DNA from: Eledone cirrhosa
Taxonomy: Eukaryota
Direction of reading: 5' to 3'
DNA: 64,000 nucleotides
Assembly (NCBI GenBank): GCA_964016885.1
Contig: OZ024742.1
Coordinates: 355,632,001-355,696,000, forward strand
A program made the translations under genes and the position numbers. Within the stretch, counting starts at the first letter, position 1. Each line of letters begins with the position of its first letter. Below are positions 1-13,900 of the stretch, in pieces. The notes below the pieces were generated by a model that was not told where the DNA came from, made no database searches, and saw only the letters and a list, made by a program, of their open reading frames with translations.

Positions 1-141
1 AATGAAAGGAAAAGTTAACATTGGCGGGATTTGAACTCAAACATGAAATGTCATCAATGTTATACTGCAAAGAATGTTGTACGACAACAACAAGTACAAT
101 AATAATACTAATAATTATACTAATACTACTACTAATTGTAG

Positions 142-342
142 CTATTTCTACTATAGGCATAAGACCAGCAATGTCAAGGTAAGAGGAAAGTCGATTAAAT
201 CGACACTAGTACATTACTGGTGCTATATTTTTTCGACATTGTAAAGCTAAGCTCGATTTGAAATCTGATCGTAAAGAGCCATAACTCTATTCCACAAACC
301 CTGTTGTCAGGCGCTCTACCGATACTGCCAATCCATCGCCCT
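142..342 (-). mobile_element. tRNA-derived SINE with Nin-like core (family S1), degenerate
   Basis: Reverse complement matches the S1 copy at 19389-19580. A further fragment lies at 1-85. Confidence 0.6.
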
Positions 343-439
343 ATACTAATCTAAAATTAGAAACGAAACGTGAGTGTCGATTTTTCTAGTCGGTCCAATG
401 ACGCCACTGAATGACCCATCAGTAATTTCACTAGAATGT

Positions 440-830
440 AGCAGATATATACATATAGCGCTGACATCAGAATGGAGGTCGGATTAAAAAACATAGCCAA
501 CATTAAAAGCATCGAGCGGTTGGTGGTGTCATCAAGAATAGTTAAGAAGCAAATAGAAGAGAAAATACTTATAAGAACTTACGGTTAATGGAAGCTGATC
601 AGTTAATGAATGAGGAAATGAGGACATTTAGGGTGGTATACGTGTGCAAACTGAGACTTATTATCACGTCGAAACTGAATGGACGGAATATAAATACTTG
701 GGTGGTATCCCTTATGGGTCGGGGGTGATCACGTGGAATGTGAAAGAGCAAAATAGTTTAGACCGAAATACAAGAAAGATATTGACTAGATGTGGTGTAG
801 CTCACCGAAAGAGCGACACAGAGTGTGTAG
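440..830 (+). pseudogene. Old R4/Dong-like RT fragment (third family)
   Basis: Translates to SADIRMEVGL...EYKYLG...GVITWNVKEQNSLDRNTRKILT..H.KSD, colinear with family A/B motifs SDDIKMEFGL, YKYLG and WN..E...[10 protein letters not shown]. Confidence 0.65.
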
Positions 831-1196
831 GGACTTAGTTGCTTGATATAAACTTCTGGATTGACCCTCCTTCTTTCTCAGTAACACTTCTTGCTACCGT
901 CACAGAATAGGAACTGTAGGTTCCCTACATATAATACACATATAACAAAGGCATAACACTTCTCTACACTTCAGTAATCCATGGAAACTGAAAGAGAGGA
1001 GAACAGTTTCATTATCTTTGCATATCATTATTTTCAAAGAAATCACTATTTTTAAACATCTCCACTCGACAGATGTATGTTCCTGAAGAGCTTAGCCAGA
1101 TTCGGAAATGTCAATACTTTCCACTTCATTAGCAATGGCTATGCGTGTCTTCTGTTTAAAAGTGTCATGCAAATATACTTTCCAAAAATGAATACA

Positions 1197-1198
<2 letters not shown>

Positions 1199-1275
<77 letters not shown>
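1199..1275. repeat. (TA)n microsatellite
   Basis: Direct. Other long (TA)n arrays lie at about 1513-1622, 14597-14767, 23312-23462, 23928-24002, 53828-53927, 55460-55606 and 60350-60461. Confidence 0.98.
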
Positions 1276-1279
<4 letters not shown>

Positions 1280-1354
1280 TAAGCAAAGAATCGCTGCTTT
1301 CACACTTAACGGGATCTTATTCGCATTTATTATTATTATTGGTATATATAAAAC

Positions 1355-1506
1355 CGGCGAGGTTTACTTTGCCTTTCATCCTTAGAGGGTCGATAAAATA
1401 AAGTAGCATTAATGCACTGGGTAATTGCTGACCTTCTGCCTAAAGTAGAAACAGTTATTATTACTATATATATATTGCTGGCCTTGTGCCAAAAATAGAA
1501 ACAATT
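1355..1506 (+). mobile_element. SINE S1, 3' part
   Basis: Core CCTTTCATCCTT..GGGTCGATAAAATAAAGTA and tail GGCCTTGTGCCAAAAATAGAAAC. Confidence 0.75.
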
Positions 1507-1513
1507 ATATTAT

Positions 1514-1622
<109 letters not shown>

Positions 1623-1660
1623 GTGTGTGTGTGTGTGTAATTATTATTATTATTATTATT

Positions 1661-4600
1661 ACAGTTCCATTTATCTTGCTTTATGTTCATACGAGTTATC
1701 ACCAAGTCACAACTATTGACCTCAAGAGACAACAAGGTCCGCCATGTTCAAGAAAGAACATACATATTCACACATGCATCTTTAGTGTTTAGACTTGTGA
1801 TGTACTTATATTGACAGAATCTTCCTTAGTATATGGGCAGTTCCCATTAGTACTATCTTTTGTATTTCTCCTATACGCGGGTTTCCTGGGATTTGCGATA
1901 TATAATCATTAGACCCCTTAGGTATCATTCCCAAAGCACCTACAACCACTGGTATTGTTTTAGTTCTCAATTTCCACATTTTTCCAATTTCTATCTCCAG
2001 GTCCTTATACTTGCTCAATTTTTCAAATGTTTTTATAGATACATTCTTGTCTATTGGAACAGACATATCAATTAGCAGGCATACCCTGTTTTGAAAGTCT
2101 GTCAATGTTATATCAGGTCTATTTGCATCTATTTTTCGGTCTGTTTGGATGCTAAAGTTCCACAAGATTGAGATGTGATCTTTTTCAAGTATGGGAGGTG
2201 GTTGATGCTCCCACCAATTCTTTTGATGGGGCAGGTCAAAATGCTTACACATTATCCAATGTATGTATTGTGCAGCTCTGTCATGCCTGTTTAGGTATTC
2301 GGTTGGAGCTATAGGACTGCACATTGAAATTATATGGTCAATGGTCTCTGGTTGTTTTTTGCATACACGGCATAATGGGCTGCACCTATTTTTTATTATG
2401 TTGGCTTGGTAATTTTTTGTTGGCAGACACTGATCTTGTGCCGATATAATCAGTCCTTCAGTCTCCGATTTCAGTCCAGAGGATGCCAACCACTGATGGG
2501 TTAAAGTTTTGTCAACATCAGGATTGTTAGCTCGCTCTGGGTATTTTCCATACAGAGGCTTTTCTTGCCATTTCTTAGCCAGTTTCTGTAGCAGTTCTTT
2601 CTTTGCAGTTACTTTTACCTGCTTTGCTTTTTCTGTGTTTTCCATTTCAGCAGTAAATGGGACTTCTGAAATTTGTAGTCCATTACTGTATCTTTGTGCA
2701 TCTTTGGTAATGGAATATGATCTTTTGATGCTTTCGTGTTTCAAAACGAGTTTGATCATCCAATCATGTGATTCCCTTAGATATGTAGATAATCCAATTG
2801 TTGCAGTTTTCAACGCAATGTCGAACTGGATTAACCCACGTCCTCCTTCTTTCCTAGGGAGATATATTCTATCTATATCTGCTTTAGGGTGATGCATTCT
2901 GTGCATGGTTAAGAATTTTCGAATTTTTGTATCGAGCCTACGGATCTCTGTGCTTGACCAGTTGATGACATTGTAACTGTAGGTTACTACTGGTATGGCA
3001 AGCGTGTTTATGCCATCGATCCTATTCCGTGCATTCAATTCCGTTTTTAAGATTGCTCTCACTCTGCGGTAAAATTCCTTCCTTATCCTTTCCCTCATTG
3101 TCGAGTGCTTGATTCCATCTCCTTCACAAACACCTAGATATTTGTAAGTTTTTTCTTGATCAAGTTCTCTTATCACGTTCCCCCGATCAAGATTAATGTC
3201 TGAACTCTTCAGCAGCTTTCCTCTGGTGAACGTTGCTTTGGCGCATTTATCTAGTCCAAACTCCATTTTAATGTCATCACTGAACTGCTTCACAGTGGAT
3301 AATAGCCCTTGCAATTGTTCATGATTTTTTCAAATAGTTTCAGGTCATTCAAGTAGAACAAGTGATTAATGGTTTTGTCATAGACTTTATATCCATGTTT
3401 TGTTTCATTGAGCATTTTAATTAATGGTATAAGTGCGATGCAGAATAAAAGCGGTGATAAAGAGTCACCCTGAAAAATTCCACCCTTAATATTAACTTTC
3501 CAGCTTCCAGTGATTTTGTTTCACTATTCAAAGGGAGTGTCGTTTTCCATGTCTTCATACTGAATGACAAAAACCTCCTGACAACGGGGGATACTTTGAA
3601 AATCTCCAAACATTTTTCAATCCAACTGTGTGGCAAACTATCAAATGCTTTTTTATAATCTATCCAAGCAATCGATAGATTTTTGTGTCTATTACGACAA
3701 TCTTCCAGTATCATTTTGTTAACCAGAAGCTGATCCTTACAGCCATATGAGCCTCGTTTACACCCTTTCTGCTCAATGGGAAATAGGTCATTTGTTATCA
3801 GGTGGTCATATGTGTATTCAGTTAGGACTGATGTTAAAATGTTATACATTGTGGTCAAGCAAGTTATCGGTCTGTAATTTTTGGGATTGTTTGTCTCATC
3901 ATTCTTCGGAAGCAGGAATGTAATGCCGTTAACTAGCCATGAAGGTATCTTTTCTGGCTCCTTAACTATTTCATTGTAAAGTTGGGCTAACAGCTCATGA
4001 GACTCTGTGAAGGCATTTATCCAAAAGTTTTGTATTTTGTCTTTTCCTGGGGATTTCCATTTGCTGGTTTTTCTTAGAGCCAAGCGCAACTGTTCAACTG
4101 TTATATTTTCCCATGTTTGTTCCTCAAGGTGAGCTGTATCTTTCATTTGTTTGTCTATCCATGAGGCATGTATGTTATGAACTTTTTCTTCGGCCCAGAT
4201 CTTTTCCCAGAATTCTTGCACTTCCTCCTTGGGTGGTATTGATTTAGCAGTTATTGTTGACTTACCAATTTTTCTGTAGAAGTTTCTTTGGTTGTTTTTG
4301 AACATATTATTGTCCTTATAGAATCTAGATCGTTTTTCAAAGCGCCTTATACGAGCAGCTTTGGCCGACACTTTTTGCTTGATTATTTCTATCAGCATGT
4401 CTATGTTACAGGTTGATTTTATACTGTACTTTTTTTTCAATTTTCTAAGTTTAGTTTGTTTAACATGTTCACCTACTTTATAGTTTGTTAAAATTTCTAT
4501 GTCAGATCGGAGAAGGTTTATTTGGCGATTGATGTTATCTTGCCAAGTAGATTTCTTGTGGGAATTCCTTTGTTTTTTCATCTTCACTCCACATAAGTGA

Positions 4601-5590
4601 GTGATGACTCTAGCCGATGCATAATAGAGATGATTTAAATCAGTAATGTTTAGTTTGTTTGTGATGATAATGTTTTTGAGAATTATATTAGTCTTGTGTA
4701 TTATCTTTTGGTTCTGTTTGGAGTTCTGGATCTTAGGGAGGGTGTCTCGTTGCCCCATGTCAGATTCTTTCATTTTCATCCATTCGATCATAATTTCATC
4801 CTTCAAGTTGGCAAGTTCATTCTCATTCATTTCTTTATCATTTACGATCTCATTATTTTCATTTGGAGTTTCATCCTGAGCATGCACTCCCTCCACTTTT
4901 TCGATCCTTTCTTTAATTTTTTCTGTTGCCAGTGATACCGCCCCAACACTGGGATTCGAAGTGTTACAGTTTACCTCGTTTTCACTGACACATGTTTCAT
5001 TTTCCCTTCGCTGACTTTGTGCTAATAGCTTGATCTGATCAATTTCTATATCAGTTAGTAACTTTTTTCTTACAATATTGGCTAGTTTGTTGCTGTCAAT
5101 ATAGCCTCTGTTTTCGGGATGTTTCTTTTTCCAGTTGATATATGTCTGTTCTGTATACGATGTATTTGATGGGTAGTACATGGCAGTGTAGAAAGCCTCA
5201 AGGACTTCTTTATGATCTTCCCTTGACCATTTTTCTCTCTTTTTCTTTGGATTTCTTGGTGGTGAGCATGGAGGGCCAACAGTAGGAGTATTCCGGTTAT
5301 GGGAGGTCTCCAGCTCCGAAGTGATGGGAAGGTTTGAACCATTAGCTGATTTTTCGACCCCAGTCTGGTTCCTCTCAGAGGGACGCGGCCCTGTTTTACC
5401 CGGGTGACGGCCGATCCGGTATGAGATTTTATCATTAGACATTTACTTTATTTTGTCGCGTTTTATCCTTATTCGCCAAGGGGTAATCATTTCGTGTTAC
5501 CACATCTAGAACGAGTGTCAACTAAGACTAGAGGCGTCGTTCTCCCCTAGAGACACGGCTATTCCCCGCCGGCCGCCATCCCGGTATTTC
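1661..5590 (-). mobile_element. R4/Dong-like non-LTR retrotransposon family A, copy A1 (near full length)
   Basis: Single-ORF RT + CCHC + restriction-like endonuclease; 3' end abuts (ATT)n; colinear with 29887-33810. Confidence 0.93.
1806..5442 (-). pseudogene. Family A RT-RLE ORF, disrupted
   Basis: Motifs KSPGKD, NYRPITCL, EQKGC, DYKKAFDS, CRVC...HIISMC, RHD, RPDI, KYKDL. Frameshifts near 3495 and 3330; catalytic FYMDD has decayed to FYLND. Confidence 0.9.
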
Positions 5591-5785
5591 TTGGTCGCGG
5601 GGTTTTCTTTTTGTTGTTTTTTTTTAAATTGTTATTATCATGAGTGGTTCCTTAATGTGAGCATTGCGTGGCTTAAGAATGAAATTATTAATAATTGTCT
5701 CCACTCCAGGCACAAGGCCAGCAATCACCCAGTGCATTACAATAATATAATATACTTTTTGTTGTGGTTGGCTGTTATTGTTGTT

Positions 5786-5854
5786 GGCTATGTCGGTGGT
5801 GGTGCCGGGGCTGTGTCGGTGGTGGTGCCGGGGCTATGTCGGTGGTGGTGCCGG

Positions 5855-5855
<1 letters not shown>
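5786..5855. repeat. 24-bp GC-rich tandem repeat x3
   Basis: GGCTRTGTCGGTGGTGGTGCCGGG repeated three times. Confidence 0.9.
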
Positions 5856-5893
<38 letters not shown>

Positions 5894-5905
5894 GTTATTG
5901 TTATT

Positions 5906-7808
5906 CCTTGAATCTCAGTCATTGATGTTGGTTAACTGGAAAGTCCGTTGGATTGAATATCAAGCCACTACCTGCAGCCTCAGATATTCAGGACGAATCG
6001 GAGGGTTCTTGCCGTTCCAAGCAAGCATGCCTTTTGAAGCGTTCCAAAAAGCGTGAAGGGGCCGATTTTCTTTAACCATCCCTGGAAACCTTTGGAGATA
6101 GTCCCCAGTGCGCCTATGACAATCGGGATCACTTTGACTTCATGGCAGTTCCAAATCCTTTTCACCTCCCACTTTAGGTCCTGGTATCGGTTAATTTTCT
6201 CCCTCTCCTTCTCTTGCACTCTCGTGTCGAACGGGCAGGCCACATCCACAATCAGGCACGATCTTTTTTCTTTGTCCACAACCACCAGGTCAGGTCTATT
6301 GTGTTCCAGTTTTTTGTCCGTCTGTATCCTAAAATCCCACAGCACCTTCACCTGACTGTTCTCCATCACCGCCTCTGGCCTATGCTCATACCATTTCTCA
6401 GAATGTGGTAGATTGTTTACTTTGCACAGGTGCCAGTGGATCACCCTGCCCATCACATCATGTCTCCAGCCCTTATAGTGGGTCTGGGCTAGGTGTTTAC
6501 ACTCGGACACAATGTGAGCCACAGTCTCCTCTCTCTCTCCACAGATCCTGCACAGTGGGCTAGCCTCCTCCTTGTAGATATGGTGCTTCAACCACTTCGT
6601 TTTGAGGGCCTGCTCCTGCGCAGCCATTAGCATTCCTTCTGTAGCCTTTTTGAGGTCTCCTCTTCTCAACCAGTTCCATGTCTGTGGATCTCTAAATTCA
6701 GTTTTCTCAAAGAAGGTACTATGAAGGGATTTTCCCTTAAGGCTGCTCTTCCTCCTTGATGTTATTTCCTCCTTGGGTATCCCCTGGCCTACTGTCCCCT
6801 CCTTCAGTACAGCTCTGAGCATTGGCTCCTTACTATAGGTCACGTATTTGTATAGGTTGTTTTTCTCCATCTGAACACAGTCCTCTATGCTGATAAGACC
6901 TCTTCCACCCTCAGATCTCCTTAGGTAGAGTCTATCGACATCACTCCTCTTGTGGAACATGTTGTAGATAGTCAATAGCTTCCTAGTCTTCCTATCCATT
7001 TCTTTTTGTTCAGCAACATTCCATCTCAGAATTCCCGCACTGTACCTAATAATAGACACAGCTCGGGAATTTACTGCGCTTATGGCATTTCTGCTGTTCA
7101 GATGTGACTTCAATACGCTCCTTACTCTCCGAATGTATTCAGTTCTTAACAATTCCTTCATTTTTTTGTTCTTTATGCCATCAGCCTCCAGAACGCCCAA
7201 ATACTTGTATCCTTCCTCAGAGTCAATTTCCTTTATCATCTCACCTGTTGGTATCTGGATCCCGTTACTTCTGCTCAACCTACCCCTCCTCATCACAATG
7301 ACTCCACATTTACCAATACCAAACTGCATACATATACCACTGCTGAAAATACGGACAGTGTCAACAAGCACATCCAACTCCTTCTCACTTTTCCCGAAGA
7401 GCTTAAGATCGTCCATGAAGAGGAGGTGATTGATGGTAAGCTCTCCCCTTCCCAACTTGTATCCTGCTCTCACTTTTCGCAGCATAATGGTCAAGGGCAT
7501 CAGGGCAAGGACAAACAACAGAGGGGACAGGCTATCTCCCTGGAAGATACCTCTCTTGATCTTCACGCTTCCCAAGGATACTCCAGTTGATGTCAACTCT
7601 GTCTCCCAGGACCCCATACTCCTGCCCAGCAACTGTCTGATGTTATCTGCCACCCTGAAGATCTCCAGGCTTTTGGTGATCCAGGAATGTGGCACCATGT
7701 CAAATGCCTTTCTGTAGTCTATCCATCCCATGGCAAGATCAGTGTGTCTCCTCCTGCAATTCCTCATTACCATCTTATCAATAAGCAACTGGTCCTTTGT
7801 ACCACGTG

Positions 7809-7809
<1 letters not shown>
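5906..7809 (-). mobile_element. R4/Dong-like family B copy B1, 5'-truncated, young
   Basis: Open 602-aa frame (5980-7788) with LFMDD, CCHC and RPD..D..K; (ATT)n on both sides; nearly identical to 33870-35772. Confidence 0.93.
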
Positions 7810-7841
<32 letters not shown>

Positions 7842-7858
7842 ATTATTATTATTATTAT

Positions 7859-8635
7859 TATCTGCCACCTTGAAGATATCTAGGCTTTTGGTTATCCAAG
7901 AATGAGGTACAATGTCGAATGCCTTTTTGTAATCTATCCATCCCATGGCAAGACCAGTGTGTCTCCTCTTGCAATCCCTCATTACCATATTATCAATAAG
8001 TAACTGGTCTTTTGTACCACGTGACTTCTTTTGACATCCTTTGTGTTCGTCCGGTAACAAGTTGTTTATGTGGAGGTGATGGTAGATTTCCTCAGACACA
8101 ATGCTTGTTAACAGTTTTCACATTACGGACAGACATGTGATATGTCAATAGTTGGTAACATCATTACCCTTGATTCGGTCTTTCATTACCAGATATGTGG
8201 TACCTTTTGTCAACCACTCTGGTACCTCACCCGACATCATGCAGTCATTGAACAAGTTTGTCTGTTTTGGGTGGAGGGATGTTATATTTTTAATCCAATA
8301 CCCCTGCACACCATCTGGGCCTGGTGATTTCTAGTTGGTTAACTTTTTGGCCTACCCTTTAAGAGTTTCAAATGTGATACTCAAATCAGATTGTTGGTGT
8401 GTTTTTCACTAATCTCCTTTTGTACTGTCTCAATCTACACTTCCTGACTATTATGTTCAACATCCTGTTCCAATATTCCTCTCCAGAATGTCTTAGTCTG
8501 CCCGGTCTCAGGGATCATGTATTTGCCTCGTTCTTTCCCTTCAAGCTGCCCAATCAAAATCTTCTGGTTGTTGTCAAACATGGGGGTTCTTTCTATACTG
8601 GCTGACTCTGCTCTCATACGGCCTAATCTTTGCAC

Positions 8636-8640
<5 letters not shown>
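7859..8640 (-). mobile_element. Family B internal fragment B1', older and truncated at both ends
   Basis: Diverged homolog of about 35606-36360 with stops and frameshifts; bounded by (ATT)n on both sides. Confidence 0.88.
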
Positions 8641-8694
<54 letters not shown>

Positions 8695-8903
8695 GGCGAC
8701 CTACGTAGGAAATCGTATTATCGTGAGCTCCGCAAAGGTTTGTTATTTCCGTTTGTTTAAAAATTGCCATTTATGGAAAATTTTATTGTAAACTGTTTAT
8801 AAGCACACATACATTGTTTTCCGAAAAGGACACCCAAAAAGATTGGGGCCTTGTGCCCAAAATTTTAACTTTTATTATTATCCAAAAATTTCTTTGAAAG
8901 AAA

Positions 8904-10895
8904 ATGGCTAATTCCCCTCTGCACGAAGCAGCTGAAAGCCTTCCTCACAAAATAACAGCTCACACCGACACCACCATTCTAAATGTTACTACGTTTGCCA
9001 ACACAAAAAAAAATATAAGCAGTAGCAATATTTTAAATTTGTCTCAGGCAGACATTCATTTCCCGCCATTACCAATGACTGCAGGTGTTAAACCCTCCAC
9101 CACCACCACCACCGCGACAACCACCACCACCACCGCGACAACAGAAACAAAAGAAGAAAAAAATAAATTAACTCGTGACGTCGAAATGAAATCAAGCAAA
9201 ATGGACTCTTCCCCACCAAAGACGACTGACGTCACCACCACCACAACTGAAAGTAAAATTAATATTAACGATAGCAACGACAACAACAATGACATAATAA
9301 AACCGACCCTCAGTTTCGCCATCGTAGCAAAACAATTCGAAGCGTTCACGGTAACTCAAGAAGATTTAGAAAATGCCAAACAAATGGTAAAGAAAGATGG
9401 GTACAGGGTCAGCCTCACCCCCCCCCCCCAACCCCCACGTAATAAAATGGAGCATCGGCGCCTGTGGACCGTGTCGTATAGAACAATGAATGTAAAATCG
9501 CGCCGAGAGGAACGGGCATCCGAGTCCCAAATCCAAAAAGCTTTGGGACATGTGTGGGCAAGAAAAACCCACATCAGACGTGGACAGAAGTATGGAACCG
9601 TGGATGTGTTCTTTGAAACACCAGAGGAGGCTAGAGAACACTCCATGGCCCCATTATGAAGTGACAACTTCACACTCGTCCCAAGCTATTGTGGCCAGAG
9701 ACTCGTAAAGATCAGGGTGACCCACGTTCCACCGGCCATCGAAATTCCCTGGCTAATAGCGGCTGTCCTCGCCGGCATCGAAGCCAACACGAAAATAATA
9801 GCAGTAGCAAAAGAAAAGCAGGAAAACTGGTCCGGATCTGGGATGGAGCTCCTGATCCAAGCGGACCAAAAAAGCATTGAGGAGATCCCAGAGGTAATAG
9901 ACCTCACTGACGGCAGCCACCCCACGGTAATTGTCGAGGGCAGAAGACCTAGGTGTGTCGTTTGTGGTGAAGGAACCCACCTAAGGGCTTTCTGCCCTCA
10001 GGCTAAAAGGTTGAGGCCACCTCTCCTAACCACCCCAGTGACACAACCATCAACACCACCAGTAGCAGAGATGGCAGCAACAACTGTAGCAGAAACAATA
10101 GAAGCAACTATAACAGCAACAACCCCAGCAACAGTAGCAAAACCAACACCACTACCACCACCAGCAAAACCAACACCACCACCACCCAACGCTTCAGAAC
10201 TAGCACCAGCGCCTACACCATCTACCACACCACAACCAAAACTAACGGCTGTGGAGGATTTTCCACTCCCCGGCCTATCACAACTGGAGACAGATTGTGA
10301 CGACGAGGAGTGGGAAACGATATCCGGAAAAAAAAAAAGAAACCAAAAAAGAAAAAATTCTCTTCCTTCCCCCTCCAAAAACAAAATACAGAGGGAAACA
10401 AATAAACTAAGAAACAAAAAAGTTAGGACAGATATGCCACCATCCACACCGGCATCACCAACCCCATCAACCCAAACACCAACACCATCACCATCATTAA
10501 CTCCAACACCACCATCACCTACACCACAAAAGTCACCAAAATGCGAAACAGAAACAAACCCACAACAAACGCAAACAAAACAAAACAACCAAAACGATAC
10601 ACACTACACAGCATTAAATTTGAACAACAAGCAATTATAACAATACATCCAACACAACACCAGCATCACAGAAAAAGACTACACAACAACCCCAAAATGC
10701 ACACCACCACCACACATACAAATCACTCGCATCACACAGAAAACGTACATGACACTAAAACAAAAATTCCCCAAAGACATCGGAGACTTCCGACAAGCAC
10801 TCTCCAGGAGGATTTATAAGGACATCCTTCCTGAGGAGGCCACAAGCAGTGAAAAGGATGGAAAAACTGTCCTTCCCCTACGAGAAGTAAGGTAA
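8904..10895 (+). pseudogene. Tx1 ORF1 (gag-like, zinc knuckle)
   Basis: One frame from ATG 8904 to TAA 10893-10895 with two in-frame stops (9657, 10638) that are sense codons in T2; CVVCGEGTHLRAFC motif. Confidence 0.85.
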
Positions 10896-10929
10896 GTGGT
10901 CTTTCCCATCTTTTCCACTCCTTTTCAAC

Positions 10930-13900
10930 ATGACTTCACTCAGAATAGGCAGCATAAATGCGCGTGGCTTGGGGTCGTCATGGAAGCAGGGCCACCTGCT
11001 CAACGACCTCAGGTCACTAAACATAGATGTAGTGGCCATCAGCGAGACCAGAATCTCCGAAGCACAGGCTTTCGCACCGATCTTCGGCGGCTACGATGTG
11101 TACGCATCTCCCAGCCGTCCGGGATCGGGGGGAGGAGTTGCTGTGCTTTTTCGGAGAGGTTTGGATCTTGCCATACGGGCCATCTTCCTGGACCCAGAAG
11201 GTAAGTTGGTGGTGCTGGACGTGACCAGCGGAGACGGGCAAGCTTTCAGTTTAGTGGCCGTCTATGCCCCGACAGGAGCAGGGCGGCCTGATTTCTTCCG
11301 GCGTCTGGAGACCTTTCTTGGAACGTCCCGCTCTTTAGTGTTAGTGGGCGACTGGAACGGGATGTTAGATGCACGCTGGGATTGTGTGGGATTAGTGGAT
11401 AGGGAAGGAGGGTGCAAGAGTCTCACCAACCTGCTCAGACGTTTTGAAATGTCTGACTGGTACCGAATGGATTTCCCGAATGTACCAATGTGGACTTGGA
11501 CAAATCGCATAGGGTCATCCAGATCATATCTAGATAGAGTATTTTGTAGGGAAATAGATAGGTCTAGCATAGGCTGTCCACAATTCAAGATAGTCAGCTA
11601 CACGGACCACAAATTCGTGATCTGTGTGTTTGACTTAGATAGGCTTCATAGACGAGGACCCGGCTACTGGAAGCTAAACACGTCCTACCAGCGCGCAAGG
11701 CCTACAGAGACCGGATTAGCGAACTAGTTAATCGGGCGTTGACGGGGGCCATCGTCAACAACAAGTGGTCGTTTGGTCTGAAAAGAGCAATTAGAATAGA
11801 GTCCATTAGGTTTAGTAAGACTTTAGCAATAGAGTAAAATAGAGCAGAGGGAGAATTAGTTAGAAAATTAGATGAGGCGCTTAGCAAAGGCATCGCGACC
11901 GACGTACTTGCGGCGAAATTGGCCCTTGACCAATTCTTCAATGCAAAGCACGAAGGCTGCGTTGTCAGAGCTAGGATGCGTGCTCTCAGACACGAGGGGA
12001 CGAAAGCCGTTCAATGGGCCCGAGTGGCGGAGGCGCGTCGTGGTAACAAAGCCACGATCCGGTCTTTGGTGGACAACGACGGGCGCATGCTACCCGATCC
12101 CGGGCAAATGTGTGAAGCTTTTCAGCGACACTTCGCTCAACTGTTCGGTGGCAGTGGCGGGCCGGATCGAGGGATGGACTTTAATGTCTACCTCGACGGA
12201 CTGCCGCGGCTTTCGGCCACTGAGGCGGAGTGTTGCGAAAAGCCGATAACAACCGCTGAAGTACGGGATGCAATGACTAGTTGCACAAGGGGTAAATCGC
12301 CTGGTTTGGATGGTCTGCCCTATGAACTTTACGTACAAATGCCAAACTTGTTCGGAGGCCTCTTGGCGGACGTCTACTGCAACTGGCAACAGAACGGGAG
12401 AATTCCCAGCTCTGTGAGCCGAGGAGCGGTGGCGCTGCTGAGAAAGGATCCGAACAAGGGGGATAACATAGATAATTTTAGGCCCATAACTCTGCTAAAC
12501 ACAGAGTTCAAGATTTTGGCCAAGGTGCTAGCAAAGAGGTTGGCGCTTGTCGTTGGTGGTCTGGTGGGAGAGGCACAGACATGCGTCATTCCCGACAGAT
12601 CCATCCACGACAACCTCCACCTCATGCGATACATCGTAGAGAGGGTAGCTAGGGAACCTGGCACGGGTGGGTCTTTGATCAATTTAGATCAGTCGAAAGC
12701 TTTCGATAGGGTCGACCATCGTTACCTAGCGGCAGTCCTGAGGGCGGCTGGCTTTGGGCCCGTCTTCAGAGGCTGGATCGCTGCTATGCACAGCGACATC
12801 TGCTCTGTAGTGAGAGTGAACGGTCACCTTTCGGAACCGTTCAACATCATGCGCTCGGTCCGCCAAGGATGTCCCCTCTCGTCCCTATTGTACGTATTGA
12901 CTCTCGAGCCATTACTGCACAAACTGGAGACGTTGAGGGGGGTCCCGCGCGAACTAGGATGCGGAAGATCCGTGTCAGCATATGCCGACGATGTCACCGT
13001 ATTGGTGTCGAACGCCAAACACATCGAGGCGATCGGCACTACACTAAGAGAATACGAAGCGGTGACAGGAGCAATGATCAACCAGGAAAAGTCAGTGGGC
13101 CTGCAGCTCGGCACATGGAGAGGCAGGTCCATGCCGTCCAACAGCGTCGTCGGGCGCCGGACGGACGGACCGGTTAAATTGCTAGGGGTTTGGTTCGGTC
13201 CAGACCTCCAGACGGACAAAAACTGGGACGAGGTGACGAGCAGGGTGGCTTCTCTCACCCAGAAATGGGCCGAGAGGAAGCTATCCCTGAAAAGTCGAGC
13301 GGAGGTGGCGAATGCGTACATCGCATCCGTCATCTACTACCGCCTGACCGTCGTACCTTGTCCTAAGCCCCGCCTGACTGCGCTGGAGCGTTTGCTCTTT
13401 CGATTCTTGTGGAAGGGACGCGCTCCGATGGTCAGGCGGTCCATCTGCTGTCAACACCCGCTACGTGGAGGGCTGGGCATGCCGTGGCTGATGATGCGCA
13501 GACACGCGCTCAGGCTACGACATCTCCACCTCTTCCTCGACGGTGATCAGGTGTGGTCGCCGTTTGCAAGACACGTTTTTCCCCAGCTCGTCTCCTTGAC
13601 GGAGCTGCAGTCCTGGGTCAAGCGAAGACCGAGAGGGAGCGCTTGGAGACTGGAATGTCTTCAGGCGCTCACAGCCCTCGACCAGTCGGGCAATGTGATC
13701 GGTGGAAACTCCACCTTGGCGTTCTATAGGGGATTAGTGGAGGGGAAGAGCGACGACGTACTTGGAGAAACTCTAGGCGTCGACGAAAATCAACTAGCCA
13801 ATCTCTTCGGATGCGCGCAGGGCGACGAAACCGTCCTGCACGCACTCGTCCAGTGTCCGAGCATTGCTGACTTGTGGGTTTATGTCGAACACCTGCTGTC

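Noticed and set aside
1075-1155. CTGAAGA with a TAGCC/GGCTA stem upstream of (TA)n as a hammerhead
   Set aside because: GAAAC is missing after the stem and there is no helix I.
5443-5590. HDV-like ribozyme at the family A 5' end (GGCCGGC, GGCGAAT on minus)
   Set aside because: I could not build P1/P2/P3, and A2 reads GGCGGAT. It needs a descriptor search.
12090-13333. Antisense and alternate-frame ORFs recurring in LINE copies
   Set aside because: They are shadows of the coding strand, shared only because the copies are recent relatives.
13805-13815. 129-bp in-frame deletion in T1 as a spliced intron
   Set aside because: The deleted segment (T2 46739-46867) has no GT-AG ends and shows GA microhomology.
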